Shown: positions 37,337-50,500 of the stretch, in pieces | Numbering within the stretch: position 1 is the first letter of the stretch | Layout: each line of letters starts with the position of its first letter | Assembly: GCF_964355755.1 (NCBI RefSeq) | Contig: NC_092670.1 | Location: 36,134,388-36,198,387, forward strand | Reading direction: 5' to 3' | DNA from: Antedon mediterranea | Lineage: Eukaryota > Animalia > Echinodermata | DNA length: 64,000 nt | Translations under genes and position numbers: made by a program | The notes under the pieces: generated by a model | Databases searched by the model: none | What the model saw: the letters and a program-made list of their open reading frames with translations, nothing else | What the model was told of the DNA's origin: nothing

Positions 37337-40300
37337 ATGGCGGCTTTAACATCGTCAGACATAGAATCATATAAGCAAAATGGATGCATATGCCTTCGAA
37401 ACGTATTTTCCTCAGACTGGATTGAGAAGATTAAAATAGGAATACAAAAGAATAAAGAAAATCCTGGCGTGTATTCAGAAAATCTACGAGGTAGTGAAGG
37501 AAGTGGGAAGTATTTCAACGATTACTGTAATTGGAGGTCTATCTCGGAGTTTGAAGAGTTTGCACTGTATTCACCAGCAGCAGAGATCGTTGGTGAGCTT
37601 TTAGAAACAAAGGTATTTAAGTTAATATTGAATATGAATATCAATAATAACATGCTTAGTTATGCCATTTATTGAATGAACTGACCCGTAGCTGACCCTA
37701 CTCTAAACAAATACAACGGGCCCTAACCAGTATTACCACTCGGTCAATCAATTAAAAAATCAATCAATTTCTTTTATTTTGGAAATTTCATCCATATCAA
37801 CAAACGTCGTGCAAACAGAAAAAGAAAAACAAAAATTCGCAAACTCTAAGCTTAAATATATAGGATACTTCTCCATCTACAATACATTTTTTAGTTATGG
37901 AGCATATTATGTTTGCAAACACAATCAACAAGAATATTACAACTATTCAACATACGTTGCATGAAACCATAGATAGATTTTCGCATATACTCATTAAAGG
38001 AAGGGACACCATGTTCAATAAACATCATACCGGCACTACTGCTTCTAGAGACATTCAGTATACGGCGCAGAGCATTATTGTAGCATACATTAAGAGATAT
38101 AATAGTCATCAATAACGGCTATAAAAAGGCTCAATGCTAGGTAATATTTATTGAAGCCACACCTTTACAACGGTGGCACTGGCATAAATAAATACATAGA
38201 CAAAACAGGTAAAAAATCAATACAAAAGGACAAAATACATAAACTAAATTTTCTCAAATAAAAATGTTAATTATTTAGAAAGTTGGATTTTACCACGAGC
38301 ATGTTCTAACCAAAGATCAGGACACGTACAAAGTTACTCCATGGCACATGGACCAGTCGTACTATCCAATAGATGGCGAAAAGGTAGGTATTTTCTCTAA
38401 TAGAGACAAACTATTAGTCAACTCCTATAAAATAATTCAGCTTCCATCATAAGCAACTCTCTTAACACTTGATGTTACTACTTAAAATTCCACCGACTAC
38501 CAACTTAAGTTAATAGTCAACTTCAATGGGAACAGACAACTAACTTAGATTAAACAATTTCAGACAAAAATGACTAGAAAACTCTTGATTTAACTACTCA
38601 AAATTCTATCAACTACGAAGGGAACAGACAAGAGATTTGAGCTAACTTAGATTAACCAATTTCAGAAAAAATTACTGGAAAACTCGTGTACCAAATTTAC
38701 TGAAGATGAAAGCCGATTTTTTATTTATATGCAAATGTTTTTAGGGATGAAGGTAATAGAACAATAGATGAACTTAATCATCTGTAATTAAATAATAGGA
38801 CAGTTTATGAATAATTATTCTGCTTTACCACTTTTTAACATCATTGCCGCGCCAGATTTACTGAATAAAAAACTTTCTTATCTGATTTTCTAACTAAATC
38901 TCAAGTTTATCTCAAGCTCACCACAACCCCTTACTCTAAAGCTTGGTTCCCACTAGAAAGTAACGCAAGGACGTAAACGTAACGCAAGCGTTTTAACCAA
39001 TGACAAACGAAGTTATAGACAGTTAGCAAAATCACAAGCGAATAAGCCATCGCTTGTGATTGGTCAATTCACTTGCGTTGCGTTACGTCCTTGTGTTGCG
39101 TCGCTAGTGGGAACCACGCTTTAAGCTCTGACTACACTATCACAGAAATGTGATGTGCCCATTATGGACATGATGGTGTCATATCACTACCATTTTTAAC
39201 CATATTACTACCATATTTGGGCATATCACACTTTTTTGATAGTGTAGTGTATATTATATTGCTATCGAAAAGTTATTTCTGTACATTATGTATTTGTAGG
39301 TTTGTTCGATCTGGTTGCCAGTTGATAACATTCCTCTTATTTCATCTCTACAATTTGTGAAAGGATCTCATCGTTGGGGAAAGTGGTTTTACCCAAGAAA
39401 ATTTGCAACTTCACTGAATTATAATATAAGTAAAGCACATGCTACGAAAGCTTTTGAAGATGTGCCAGATATTGACGGTGGCGATTATGAGATTATGAGT
39501 TGGGAAGTGCAGGTAAACCTGGTGTTTTAATAGCCACTTCAACAAGTAAAAAAGTTCTATTTTCAAATGGTTAAACGTAAACCTACTAGAAAGGAGGAAA
39601 ATGAACGGTTTACAAAGGTATTATTAAACGGGAAATTCATCAGAATTGTAATGATCATATTATTTTTTTATAATTTTACAAAATGGATACAAGTAAAACA
39701 TCCGTCTATAATAAAACAATCCAATACACTGATAATGTTATGTGATACGTAAGCTTGCTATTACTTATTTGAATATTTAAATTGTAGACCTATACAGTAA
39801 GTTGTAAACCTTTTTTTACCTCTCCCTTTTTTGTGGATATTATAATGTACAGATGTAATGTAATATGAGACACAACTGGTGCTGACCAGGGTTTAATTAT
39901 ACTGATCCCTGGTTATTGACGAAGGCGTATCCCCTTACTTCGGTTTGGGTTTTGTTTTTTTGTTTTTGCATGGTTGGAATCCCTTTTATCGTATTAGTTT
40001 ATGTACAGCGCTTAGGCCCTTAGGCCCTATATAAATCCAGGATATTATTATTATTATTTAATTTTTTAAAAGACAACTAGACTAGTTCTCATGAGAAGGG
40101 GAGGGTGAGAATCTATTGAGAAATTGAAGCCTAGCTATGACTTATCATTTTCATAAATTCAAATTTTGTTTAGCCCGGTGATGCAGTCATATTCCACATG
40201 AAGACACTACATGGAGCTCCAATGCATCTGTCAACTACCGCACCAAGAAGAATTCTATCGACACGATGGCTTGGCGACGACGCGGTAATAGCGGAACGAC

Positions 40301-40425
40301 AGTGGGAGATTTCACCGCCAATGATGCCAGACATAGCAGTCGGCCAATCAGCGATCTGTGAGGAGTTCCCGCTGGTATGGACACTCGAAAACGGGAAAAT
40401 ACCTATTCATAGCCGATCAATGTAA
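37337..40425 (+). CDS. PhyH-family (phytanoyl-CoA dioxygenase-like) Fe(II)/2-oxoglutarate dioxygenase, ~281 aa
   Basis: Four exons joined by phase-0 introns: 37337-37612 (MAALTSSDIESYKQNGCICLRNVFS), 38279-38383 (TPWHMDQSYY, HxD iron motif), 39300-39512 (SIWLPVD..LQFVKGSHRW), 40174-40425 (PGDAVIFHMKTLHGA..RRILSTRW, distal His and 2OG-binding Arg). Confidence 0.92.
37860..38105 (-). mobile_element. Non-LTR retrotransposon (RTE-X-like) ORF2 C-terminal fragment in intron 1 of the dioxygenase gene
   Basis: LNVCYNNALRRILNVSRSSSAGMMFIEHGVPSFNEYMRKSIYGFMQRMLNSCNILV resembles the conserved post-RT C-terminus of LINE ORF2. Clade assignment is from memory. Confidence 0.65.
38940..39120. mobile_element. 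MITE family A, full copy
   Basis: AGCTTGGTTCCCACTAG...CTAGTGGGAACCACGCT; nearly identical to 31776-31954. Confidence 0.85.
39124..39247. mobile_element. MITE family B copy abutting a family A copy
   Basis: AGCTCTGACTACACTATCA...TTTGATAGTGTAG begins 3 nt after the family A end. Confidence 0.7.
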
Positions 40426-41173
40426 CAATATTGTTAATCAATATTAATTTTAGTACAGTATTACATTGATATGGTGTTTTTACTTTTATTATTAATAGTT
40501 ATTTTATTGTTCCATATAGTTATATGATGGTTTCGAAACGTCGATCTTGGTTTTTTTTTAATGGTTGTTTTTTAATTCCGTTTTAATATTATATTAAATT
40601 AAATTCTATACATGTCATCTGGAAACAAAATTAGTACATCTACTAAAAAAAATTAACACCACTGTGTTTCAATATTTTATTTTTGTTGAATAAAAATACA
40701 ACAATATATACATCGGAGAAGATATCAGTTTTCATACTAAAGATTTATTTATTTTTATAAACCTATTGCTCCATTTCTTATCTACTGTACTACATTACAC
40801 CAATGGTTTCATACTGAAACTTGCTTGTCTTGATACATAATTTTGACGGCGCGCACAAAGGAAAGCCTTTATAAACAATAAATTAGTGCTGGTATAAACT
40901 GACTTCGCCCGTGTACTCAGACTTGACATGGAGGAACTTCTTTTCCTTAAAAATATCACTTTTATTTTGCTTGCATTGCATATGAAAAATATAAATGTGT
41001 GTACACCTCAGCTGCTTTTAATTTAAATACTATACCGCAAACATTTATCGCATAGAATAATTAAGGCCTAATAGAAAATGCGCTAAATAAAAAATATTTT
41101 TGGAAATAGAAATGTCAAAAAAAGAAATGTGTAAAAGAATTATTTCTAGTGTGAGACGGTTAAAAAGCACAAT

Positions 41174-41569
41174 CAATTTTTTGGTTTTTAATAAAAATTA
41201 TATATGGGCGCATTCAGGCTTAATTATTTATACAGGTAGATTGGTGAAGTACCCAGCAAAGTTAGTGGATAATTTGTCCATAAAGCCAACTTTACCAGGG
41301 AAAATAAATAAGCCTGAACGTGGCCTATTGGATGTACTTATAACCGAGTTAGTACTTTAATGTTTACTCGGAACTGTCAAATTTTTGGTTTTTAATAAAA
41401 ATGATATATCACCGTGTTCAGGATTAATTATTTATTAAGTTGGGGAAGTACCCAGCAAAGTTAGTGATAACTTGTCCATGAAGGCAACTTTACCCAGGTA
41501 AATAAGCCTGAACGTGGCCTATTGGATGTACTTGTAACCAAGGCACTCTAATGTTTACTTGGAACTGTC
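41174..41569. repeat. Diverged ~200-bp tandem duplication covering the GLB1 stop codon and proximal 3' UTR
   Basis: Two copies (~41174-41378 and ~41379-41569) of atttttggtttttaataaaaat..aagtacccagcaaagttagtg..aataagcctgaacgtggcctattggatgtactt..aatgtttact.ggaactgtc. Confidence 0.85.
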
Positions 41570-44500
41570 GCATTTAAAATAGCTCGATCAATAAAATCTA
41601 CTGTACAGCTGCTTGCGGTATTGCATGGGGCAGTCTCTAACTCAAACAAGACGATAACATTGTCTTTAGGTTTCAGGATGGTTGCTGGAACATACAAGGT
41701 AATTTGAGGGCCTCTTGCTGGCCAGTATCTTCCTAGGTTAAAACCATTGATGAATGCCTGGCCCTAAAATAAACAAAGGAGGAAAAACAACGGTTTAGTG
41801 CTTTTGTTTGTAGTTGTGGAGTTCAAAGTAAACAACTATACTATACTACAATAACAAACAAAAAATAAATAATCATATATCTACTGGTCAATATAATCAT
41901 CTATCTACTGTCAATATAACAACTATCTACTGGTCAATATAACATCTATCTACTAGTCACTATAATGTCAATGGTCATTCATAGATTGAAAATAAATGCT
42001 TACCTTTGTCCAACCAGACATCTTCAAAAATGTGTCTCTAGGCTGTGTGATATCGGGAGGTAAGTCAGGCATGGTTCCCGTGTACAGTGTTGGGACACTC
42101 AACTGTTCCTGATGTCTAGGCCTCGTTATTGCGAATCCCAGAACAGATTTTGGTTTGATATTGGATACAAACTCATCAAGTTGTAAAGAGTAGATCTCTA
42201 ATCCTTTTAAAATTGTTCCTCCTAACGTTACATTACTAATTATTCCCTATATGGGAAACAGAGAGATTTGTTTAAACGTAAGTAACTATTTTCTAAAAAA
42301 TGAAGTTCACAGAGGTAGACCCAGAGGTTCGGTCTTGAGGTGCACATTGCTTCTTTTGACAGTTAAAGTGAAACTATGTATTAATATACTGTAGATTAAA
42401 TTAAGTTCATAAATTAATCTAAAGACTATTTATATTATATGTTGATACTAAGAAAAACATTGTATGGAACAGATAGGACATCAAATTAAGCCCAGCCCTT
42501 CATTTCATTCAATTTTAGGCCTCACTATTTCAAAATCCATGATTTGAGACTTTAATGAAACTAGTAACACAGCATCAATTAAACATACATGTTAACATGT
42601 AGCAAAAATACTAAATTTGACCCTTAGTTTAAATTAAATAGTTTAACGTCTCACCCATGTTAAACAACTAATACAATTAAACTTTTAGAATAATTGTCAA
42701 AAACCACTTTGCATGAGTATGTTGATTTGACTATCACAGCCATATGAATTGGAAGAGTGTTTGGAGATATATTTTTGTTAATTTTGACTGTACGAACAAA
42801 ACCAGTTCTTGTGAACAGTGATGTTTACTCGAAAAAGTTCAATCAGGGGTCAATCTGATTTTCCTTGGGTAGCGGTAGCAACATGGATTCAAGAAATATA
42901 AAAAATGAAAAATGAGGGGCAGTTAAATTTTCTTGTTTCCTACCTTCATATCTGCAATTAATGATCCATAGTTGATCCTTCCCTGATTGCCAACGACGAT
43001 ATCCAGGATGTCGCCCTTTGACACGGTCACATTCAGTCCAGTTGGTTTGTTACGATTCACAATCCCCATCGGTACCTGAAAAAAAAAATCAACATCAATC
43101 AAAGTGCTAAATAGAAATTGCTAAATTATAGCCATATAGTTTATATAAAAGAGAGTATCTACAAAAATTATAATACATTTATGAAAGATTGAATGATGAA
43201 TAATATAAAGGTGGTGGTTAACCACAAAAGAAAAAAATATATATATATAGTTTATTTATTGGTCAGACTCTCTCATCTTCTCCTCTTCCATTTCCTCCAT
43301 CTGGACACTATTGAGTATAAAGTACTACTCCTCCCTAATTCGTTGTAGTATTGAGCTGGGATTTGGCATGAATATACTACAGGGACATGTCCTCAAAGCT
43401 ATAGATATTTAAATTTCAAACAGGATGCAGCCATATCACGTCTCGAAGATGGTACCGTATAGCCGTATTTGGTAGCTGATTTTGATGTGTATGTGACGTC
43501 ATCCCGTCTTATGACGTCATTACAGCTTCTTTTGCTGTACCCCAATTGTCGCACATTCGTGCTTGTTCTACCCATTAAAGGCCACAATTTCATGATTTGT
43601 CTTCAATCAAAAGTTTGTTTATCCATACTATACCTTGTTGATTATGATGTACCCTTGATCTTTTATTCCTGGGATATCCAGTAGAGTTGTATTTTTTACC
43701 GTTATTGCAATCGTTGTACGATACATCATATATCCAAAGTTCTGAGAAATACAAATAGAATTGGAATAGGTAGAATGAGGTTGATTGTAATGATAATGAT
43801 GTCATTGATAATGGTGTTGATTAATGATAACATTATGATAATTATGATAATGATGACGAATATGATAGTGCATTATTTCTACATTCATACAGAATTCGTC
43901 GACTGAAGACAACTGATATCTCCCGCAAAACAATAAAATTCTAACACCATTGTAGAGCTATACAAAATAATAACATAATGTATGCAGGGAGTTACATCTC
44001 CCTGATGTATGGCAGCAAAACCTATTTTATGTAACTAATACATAAAGTAATAAATAGCTAATTTCACCCACACTAAGATAAATTCCAATACAATATCCCT
44101 CAAGCAAAGCTTATCATGACCTTATTTAAACACGTTATTTGCACTGACCTGTTGCATGGCTTCCATAGTGATGGGATAATCGGTTTTGATTGGTCCGTAG
44201 GGGGTTAACTTATCTAGGACATCATAGAGAGAGCCATAAGCGGTCAGTTGTGTTTGACCATAAGCAAGTTTCTGAGTAGCAGGTGGCATTGGTATATCTG
44301 GAACCTTAGCATACTAAAAAAAAAGATAAATATATTATGGTGTAATCAGGCATACTATATATAGTATTTAGCTGAAATATTTCAGAACATAATATTCAAA
44401 TAAGATGATATAAATAGCATTTTGGTTTGTGTTTGTGTCCCTATATATTATCTTTCTTTTGTTTTTTTTTATGACTTTGTACTGTATCTTATTACCAATA

Positions 44501-47500
44501 GAACAATAAGAATAATAATATTTAAATAAACATATAAATGAATGCATATTAGTTTAATATACTGGAATAGAAACTGGGGAAACTTAGATTGAGCAGCCAT
44601 ATGCAGAGAATAAAGCTCTGTCTACACTATCAAACTTTATGTGACAACAAAATGTGATGTGCCCATATATGGACATGATGATGTCATATCACTACTATAT
44701 TTTATCATATCACCACCATATTTGGGCACATCACACTGTTTTAGTCAAACTAGTTTGCTAGTGTAGACAGAGCTTAAACAGATAAAAATAATTAAAAAAT
44801 GGACAGTTGTATTGTTGCTTGTAAATAGTTTTAGTTTAGTTTAAATAGATGTTTCTCTTCTTTCTCAAAATGTTCTGTTTTGTTTCGTGGACCACACCAT
44901 ATATTGTGAGTGCCAGTGATTAAATAAAAAAAGAGCAAACTGTTATTTTATACCTTTTTTATTACACTTCTGATAGCCATAAGCTTATCAGTTGGGTCCC
45001 CTGCCTCTGTCAGAGGAGCATCATAGTCATAGCTAGTTGTTTGTGGGTTGTATCCAGAGTTTGCTCCACTCCAATAACCAAAATTTGTTCCACCCTCAAA
45101 CATGTACCTAGAGAAATCAAAATCAAATGAAAGATATTGTGTTTTTTAGTAGCATGCAGAAGGCAGAGGAAATGGGGTCAGATTTATATCTTAAATGAGA
45201 CTACTGTATCTAGACCTACACTAAAACTTTTATAAATGCAAGCAAAAGCTCTCTATCCAGCTCATGGAGATCAACAGGGCAACACCTAAGTATATGCTTA
45301 CTATGCTAACTATTACCTATATTTTTATGAATGAATGAACAGTTTTGTTTTGCACACATGTGCATTTTTAAACACATAATCAATTTAATGGACACAGGTA
45401 GTGTCTTCTCAAGCCACAACAGACAAATTACAAACCAACTTATCAATAAATCAGCTAATTAAATGTTAATGATATGCTAAAGCCCTCACATGTTTACAGA
45501 AGCACCTGCTGCCAGCATCTTGTCAAGAGTGAATGTCACTTTATCCGCAGCAACCTTTGAGTGGTTCATCCCCCAATGATCAAACCAGCCAGGGTAGAAT
45601 TCAGAATTCACCTGAAGATCAATTAGAAACACACAGATATTAAAAACAAGATGTTTATTACTTGACTCTCTAGTGTTTGTAGCACAACCGGTTTGGTTTA
45701 TTTAAGAGCCAATGGCCAGGTTATAACCATGGATTAATTTTACCCTCCAGTGATGATGGCAGAGGATAACAACTACAAATATTAGGAAGACGGTTTGGTT
45801 AATTAAGAGCTCATGGACAACAAATATCAGGATGGTCTTAGTGGCCAGGTCACTCGACCCTCCAACCAACACCACCAACAAATATCAGGCAGACAGTTGG
45901 GTCTATTAAGATCCATGGCCAGGTTATATAATACTTGGTTCATACTATAAAGATGCAATGCAAGGATGTAAATGTGGAACACAAATAATTTGGCCAATCA
46001 CAAGCAGCGGATTATTCAAACTGTTGGTTGTCATTGGTCAACTCTCTTGCATAAATTTTTTGTGGCAAAGAACAACAAATGCAAGAGCAAAATCACATGG
46101 CTAGGTTCTTGAAACTACTTAAATGTGTTGCCCTTTGACCTACCAGTGGACCATGTGGTTGAAATTTTCTCATCCAGTTGAACTGGCTTGTACCATCTCC
46201 ACCTAAAATTTACACCAAAAACGTATTTAAATTATTTTCTGTCAAATTTTAAATAACTTTAGACATTGTCAAATACAAGACATTTGAATGTTCTTGATTT
46301 GTACATTACAACATGCATTATAGATTATTGTATTAAACATCCATTAGTAACAAAATAATTGAAAAACATAAATAAAAAAAGCATATGATTAAATTGTATT
46401 ACAGGGAACAAATAATTTAACAAATAAAACATTATTTGGAATTGGCGATTTGTATTGTGTGTTTAACACAATGCAAATTGCCACTGCTAATAGCACTAAC
46501 ACTAACACTTGTGTTTCATAAGGCCTACTAGTCCGGGTTATAGATGGAGTTTTGACTTAATATTAAAAGATAAATATTTTGGCACATACAGAGTTTCATA
46601 CTTATACTATGGACTAACATATAAAATAATTTTTTCATTTTTTTCATTTCTTTATTCGAATTCATAAAATAACACAAAATAAAAAAAAAAAAAAAATACA
46701 AAGAATGAATTCAGGGTAACACAAAAAAGTAACCAAAGGTCAAACTTATTTCCATTGTGGCCCTGCCACAGCTACAGACTTGGGGCAAAGGCCTACCTGG
46801 ACCAAAGTCTACTGTTGTGTATAGGCCTTGTAATGAACCACACTGTAGCATCTTGTTGCCAGGCCCATCAGTTGTAAAGAGTACCACAGCATCCTCACCC
46901 CAGGCATTCTCAAACAGATTCTTTAAATATCTGATGTAGTCGTGATCACAGGCATCGTAGCTTCCATACTCATTTTCAACCTAAACCGTATTGGATTTAA
47001 GGAAAGTGAGCTCTTAGTTGAAGTAATTAAGTTGTTGAAAAGTAGACATAAATGTGACAATAATGATAATACTGATTAATTGATTGATATTGATTGATAT
47101 AAAGATGGTGTGACAAACGACAACAAAGATGAAGAAGTTAATAAAATTATTATGTTAAATATTGTAAAGTTGTTGTTACTAAATATTGTATGTTGATAAC
47201 TTATATAGAGGGTGATCCTAAACATCGTATGCTGACAATCAAGGGACCCTCATGATGAGTTATGATAAGTGTGTGACAGAGGCTGTGTGAATACTAGTAA
47301 ACGGCCGGGGTAACCTCCACTCATCTCGAAAGATGTACTAGGTTCTTTAAACTGCAGAAGTGTACACTGGACCTACGGTTTATAGTCCTTATCCGAGAAG
47401 ACTTGTTCTACCACCAGAACCATGGAGCGAGTCAGGCTTGAACTCTTGCCGATAATAATATGGCAGGGTATTACGGTTCCGCTGTCTTAACCGCTTGGCC

Positions 47501-50500
47501 ACTCACTCACTGAATATGTAGATAATGATGACTATGTTTATAATGATCATGATGTTGCTAATGAGATCAGATAATAATGATTATGATACAAAAAGTTTAT
47601 GATGACAATTAAGTTGACAATGCTGATGATGACAACCTGGGATAGTGATATGTGGATGATATTGTTAATGGTAATTTAGATGAAGGTATTATTTTATTAA
47701 TAAGATGATTTACTACACACCTGGACACTAATAATCGGTCCTCCATTAGAATATAAAAGTGGCTTTATTTTGGGCAAAAGAACAGCCATCCACCTATCAA
47801 CAGCTTGTATGTACGCTAAAAATTAAGAACGTTTTGTTATATTTTTATTTCTTCATTTTATATAACAACAACAAAAATAAAATTACGTATAACACAAAAT
47901 TATAAATGATTAATCTTCTAAAGAGAGTATGGATTGTTAATAGTATAGAATATTATTACAGAAACAAAAATTCCAAAATATTACCGTTATAAAGAAAGGA
48001 ATATTGAAAAATTACAGATTAGTAATGTTATAAATATCACAATGTATGTAAACATAATGTATTATTGACAGGCACTTTAATATTTAATTTCCTCCTTCCG
48101 CTTCCTCATATAAGACTTTCTATTACTATCATCTTACAGCAGGTTTTTTATAGACATTTTGTATTAAATATTGTTAATACTTTATAATATATAGGGCGTT
48201 TATTCTTTCCCAGGATCAGCAATTGCCCCTTGAGATGTGCCTACACTTCCACTTTTCTTATTTATTATATTATTATTTATTATTTTCAAATAACTAGTTC
48301 AGTAATAGTAAACCACTATTAAGAGGATGAAACCAGAAACAAGAAGTGTCCCTTTAATAGAGGTTCCCCCTGAATAGTGATATTGTCCAGTTGTTAATTT
48401 CACAGGAAAGTGTCCCTTTAATAGAGGTGTCCCCTGAAAAGTGATATTGCCCCTCGTTCGTTTCACAGGAAAGTGTCCCTTTAATAGAGGTGTCCCCTGA
48501 ATAGTGATATTGCCCCTCGTTCATTTCACAGGAAAGTGTCTCTTTAATAGAGGTGTCCCCTGAATAGTGATATTGCCCCTCGTTCATTTCACAGGAAAGT
48601 GTCTCTTTAATAGAGGTGTCCCCTGAATAGTGATATTGCCCCTCGTTCGTTTCACAGGAAAGTGTCTCTTTAATAGAGGTGTCTTCTGAAATAGAAAAGT
48701 GTCCCCTTAATAGAGGTGTTCAAAGAAATGGTATCAGATTAATAACTGTTTTGAAAACAATGGATCAAGTACTAATTTGATTTCAATTAATTACATCACG
48801 TTTAGTTACTGCAATTAATAACGGAAAGATCAAGGGCAGCTCATTACATTAGACAAAAACATAAAAATACATCATTTCCATGTATTCCTGTTTATATTCA
48901 GCAATTATTTCTATTTTGGCACAATTCAATGATTTCCATCTTGAATATAAAATCAAGCTACAAAAACACTAAGGTAATATTGCATGATAATGCATATAAC
49001 CTAATAAAATATCACTATACAGTATAACACTATTTCTTTTCCATCCTCCTTAGGCTACTATACAATACAAAGGTTGGTTTAGTAAATGTTTGCTGCCAAA
49101 TAATAGAAAAGGTAATTGTTGGCAATTTTTGCTGCCAAATTGTAATCAGTAATTGTTGGCACCTTACCAGTATCCATTGTCCTCAGTTTTATGGTTCCGT
49201 CTTTCAATAGCCAAGAAGGTAATCCCCCCTACAAACAAAGCAATTAAAACAATGTCATAATATTTTTGTTTAAATTGAACTATTTAAAGGTTTGCAAGGT
49301 GAAGCAATAGTCATAAATAAATGTACAAAAGTGAATAAAAAACTAAAAGTTAATGACAAACTATGTTGCTATGTTCAGTCTTCTCATTTTTATTATTGCA
49401 GTCTTTTTTTGGCAACTCTCTTCCAAACTAACTCTTCAACAATGTAATGTGAAGATATAGATTCACGGTTATAATAAAGACCTGCTTTTTTGTTTCACCT
49501 CAACAAAATTGTATGGACAACACACGTTTTACTGGTCAGCTGCTGCTCTTTAGAACGCCCTCCAAACTCAATCAGGAATGCTGAATCACTTGCCACATTA
49601 AAACAACTCCTCAAATCCCACCTTTTTAATTTGCATTTTTAAACATTAATTAATTAGTGCTTTTTAAATTTTTTGTTGTTTGTTCGGCGCTTATAGGCGC
49701 CATGTATTTTGCACTATATAAATTGAACATTATTATTATTCTTATTATTCCCTACATTACGGCATTTCCATTCCCACTGTCTGGTTTCCTATACTCATCT
49801 TCTCATCAATAACGAATTTCTCTTTACTAGTAGTAAAAGTTAGCAAACTTTTTAATTATGATCTTACCATTTCCCAGTCAGCACAAATGTATGGTCCAGG
49901 TCTGAGAATTACAAGAAGACCAGTATCATTAGCTTTCTGGAGAAACCCAACCAGATCGGCGTCATCCTCGAAAGTATAGCGGCCAGGTGTTCTTTCATGA
50001 AAGTTCCATGGCACATATCTACAAATATAAAAAGTCTAGTTTTTAAAGTTTGCATAATTAAGTAATTAGAAAGTATATTATGTATAAAGATGTTTCTACA
50101 ACATTGCCATTGGACCAGAAAAATGTTAGCTATTAAGCGAGAGGTCTAGAACTACAAATTACATTAGAGTTGATGTTATATAAATCAGAAATAAAAATAA
50201 AAATAAAGTGTATAGCATGGTATAAACGTAGATCTCTAGTACACCAGCAGTGAAGTCAACTGATACTAAGATACAGATACAGATTCATTTATTGTCCAAA
50301 ATAATAATGGAAATTACAGTGCTCATAAACCTTGGCTTGCCTAAAATAAATATAAATATAACGGGGACTATCTAACAAATGTTTTTTTATAATGCCTTAT
50401 CCCAGCTGGGTGGAACGAGTACTTGTAACGGTCCGTCTGCGCATTCACCGTCCTCATCCTATCGGCCACATGCCTTTAGAAGAAGACGGCTACAAGAACA

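Noticed and set aside
43399-43684. ORFs overlapping the GLB1 intron with ATGACGTCAT palindromes
   Set aside because: The true exon is 43741-43634; the rest looks like a repeat remnant with no protein signature.
48344-48720. Regular repeat array resembling a CRISPR, with a repetitive ORF
   Set aside because: Units are near-identical over their whole 63 bp with no unique spacers; eukaryotic intron; no cas genes.
50395-50490. GC-rich intronic stretch first considered a snoRNA
   Set aside because: It translates to a LINE ORF2 C-terminal motif and has a LINE-type tail; no convincing box C/D or H/ACA layout.
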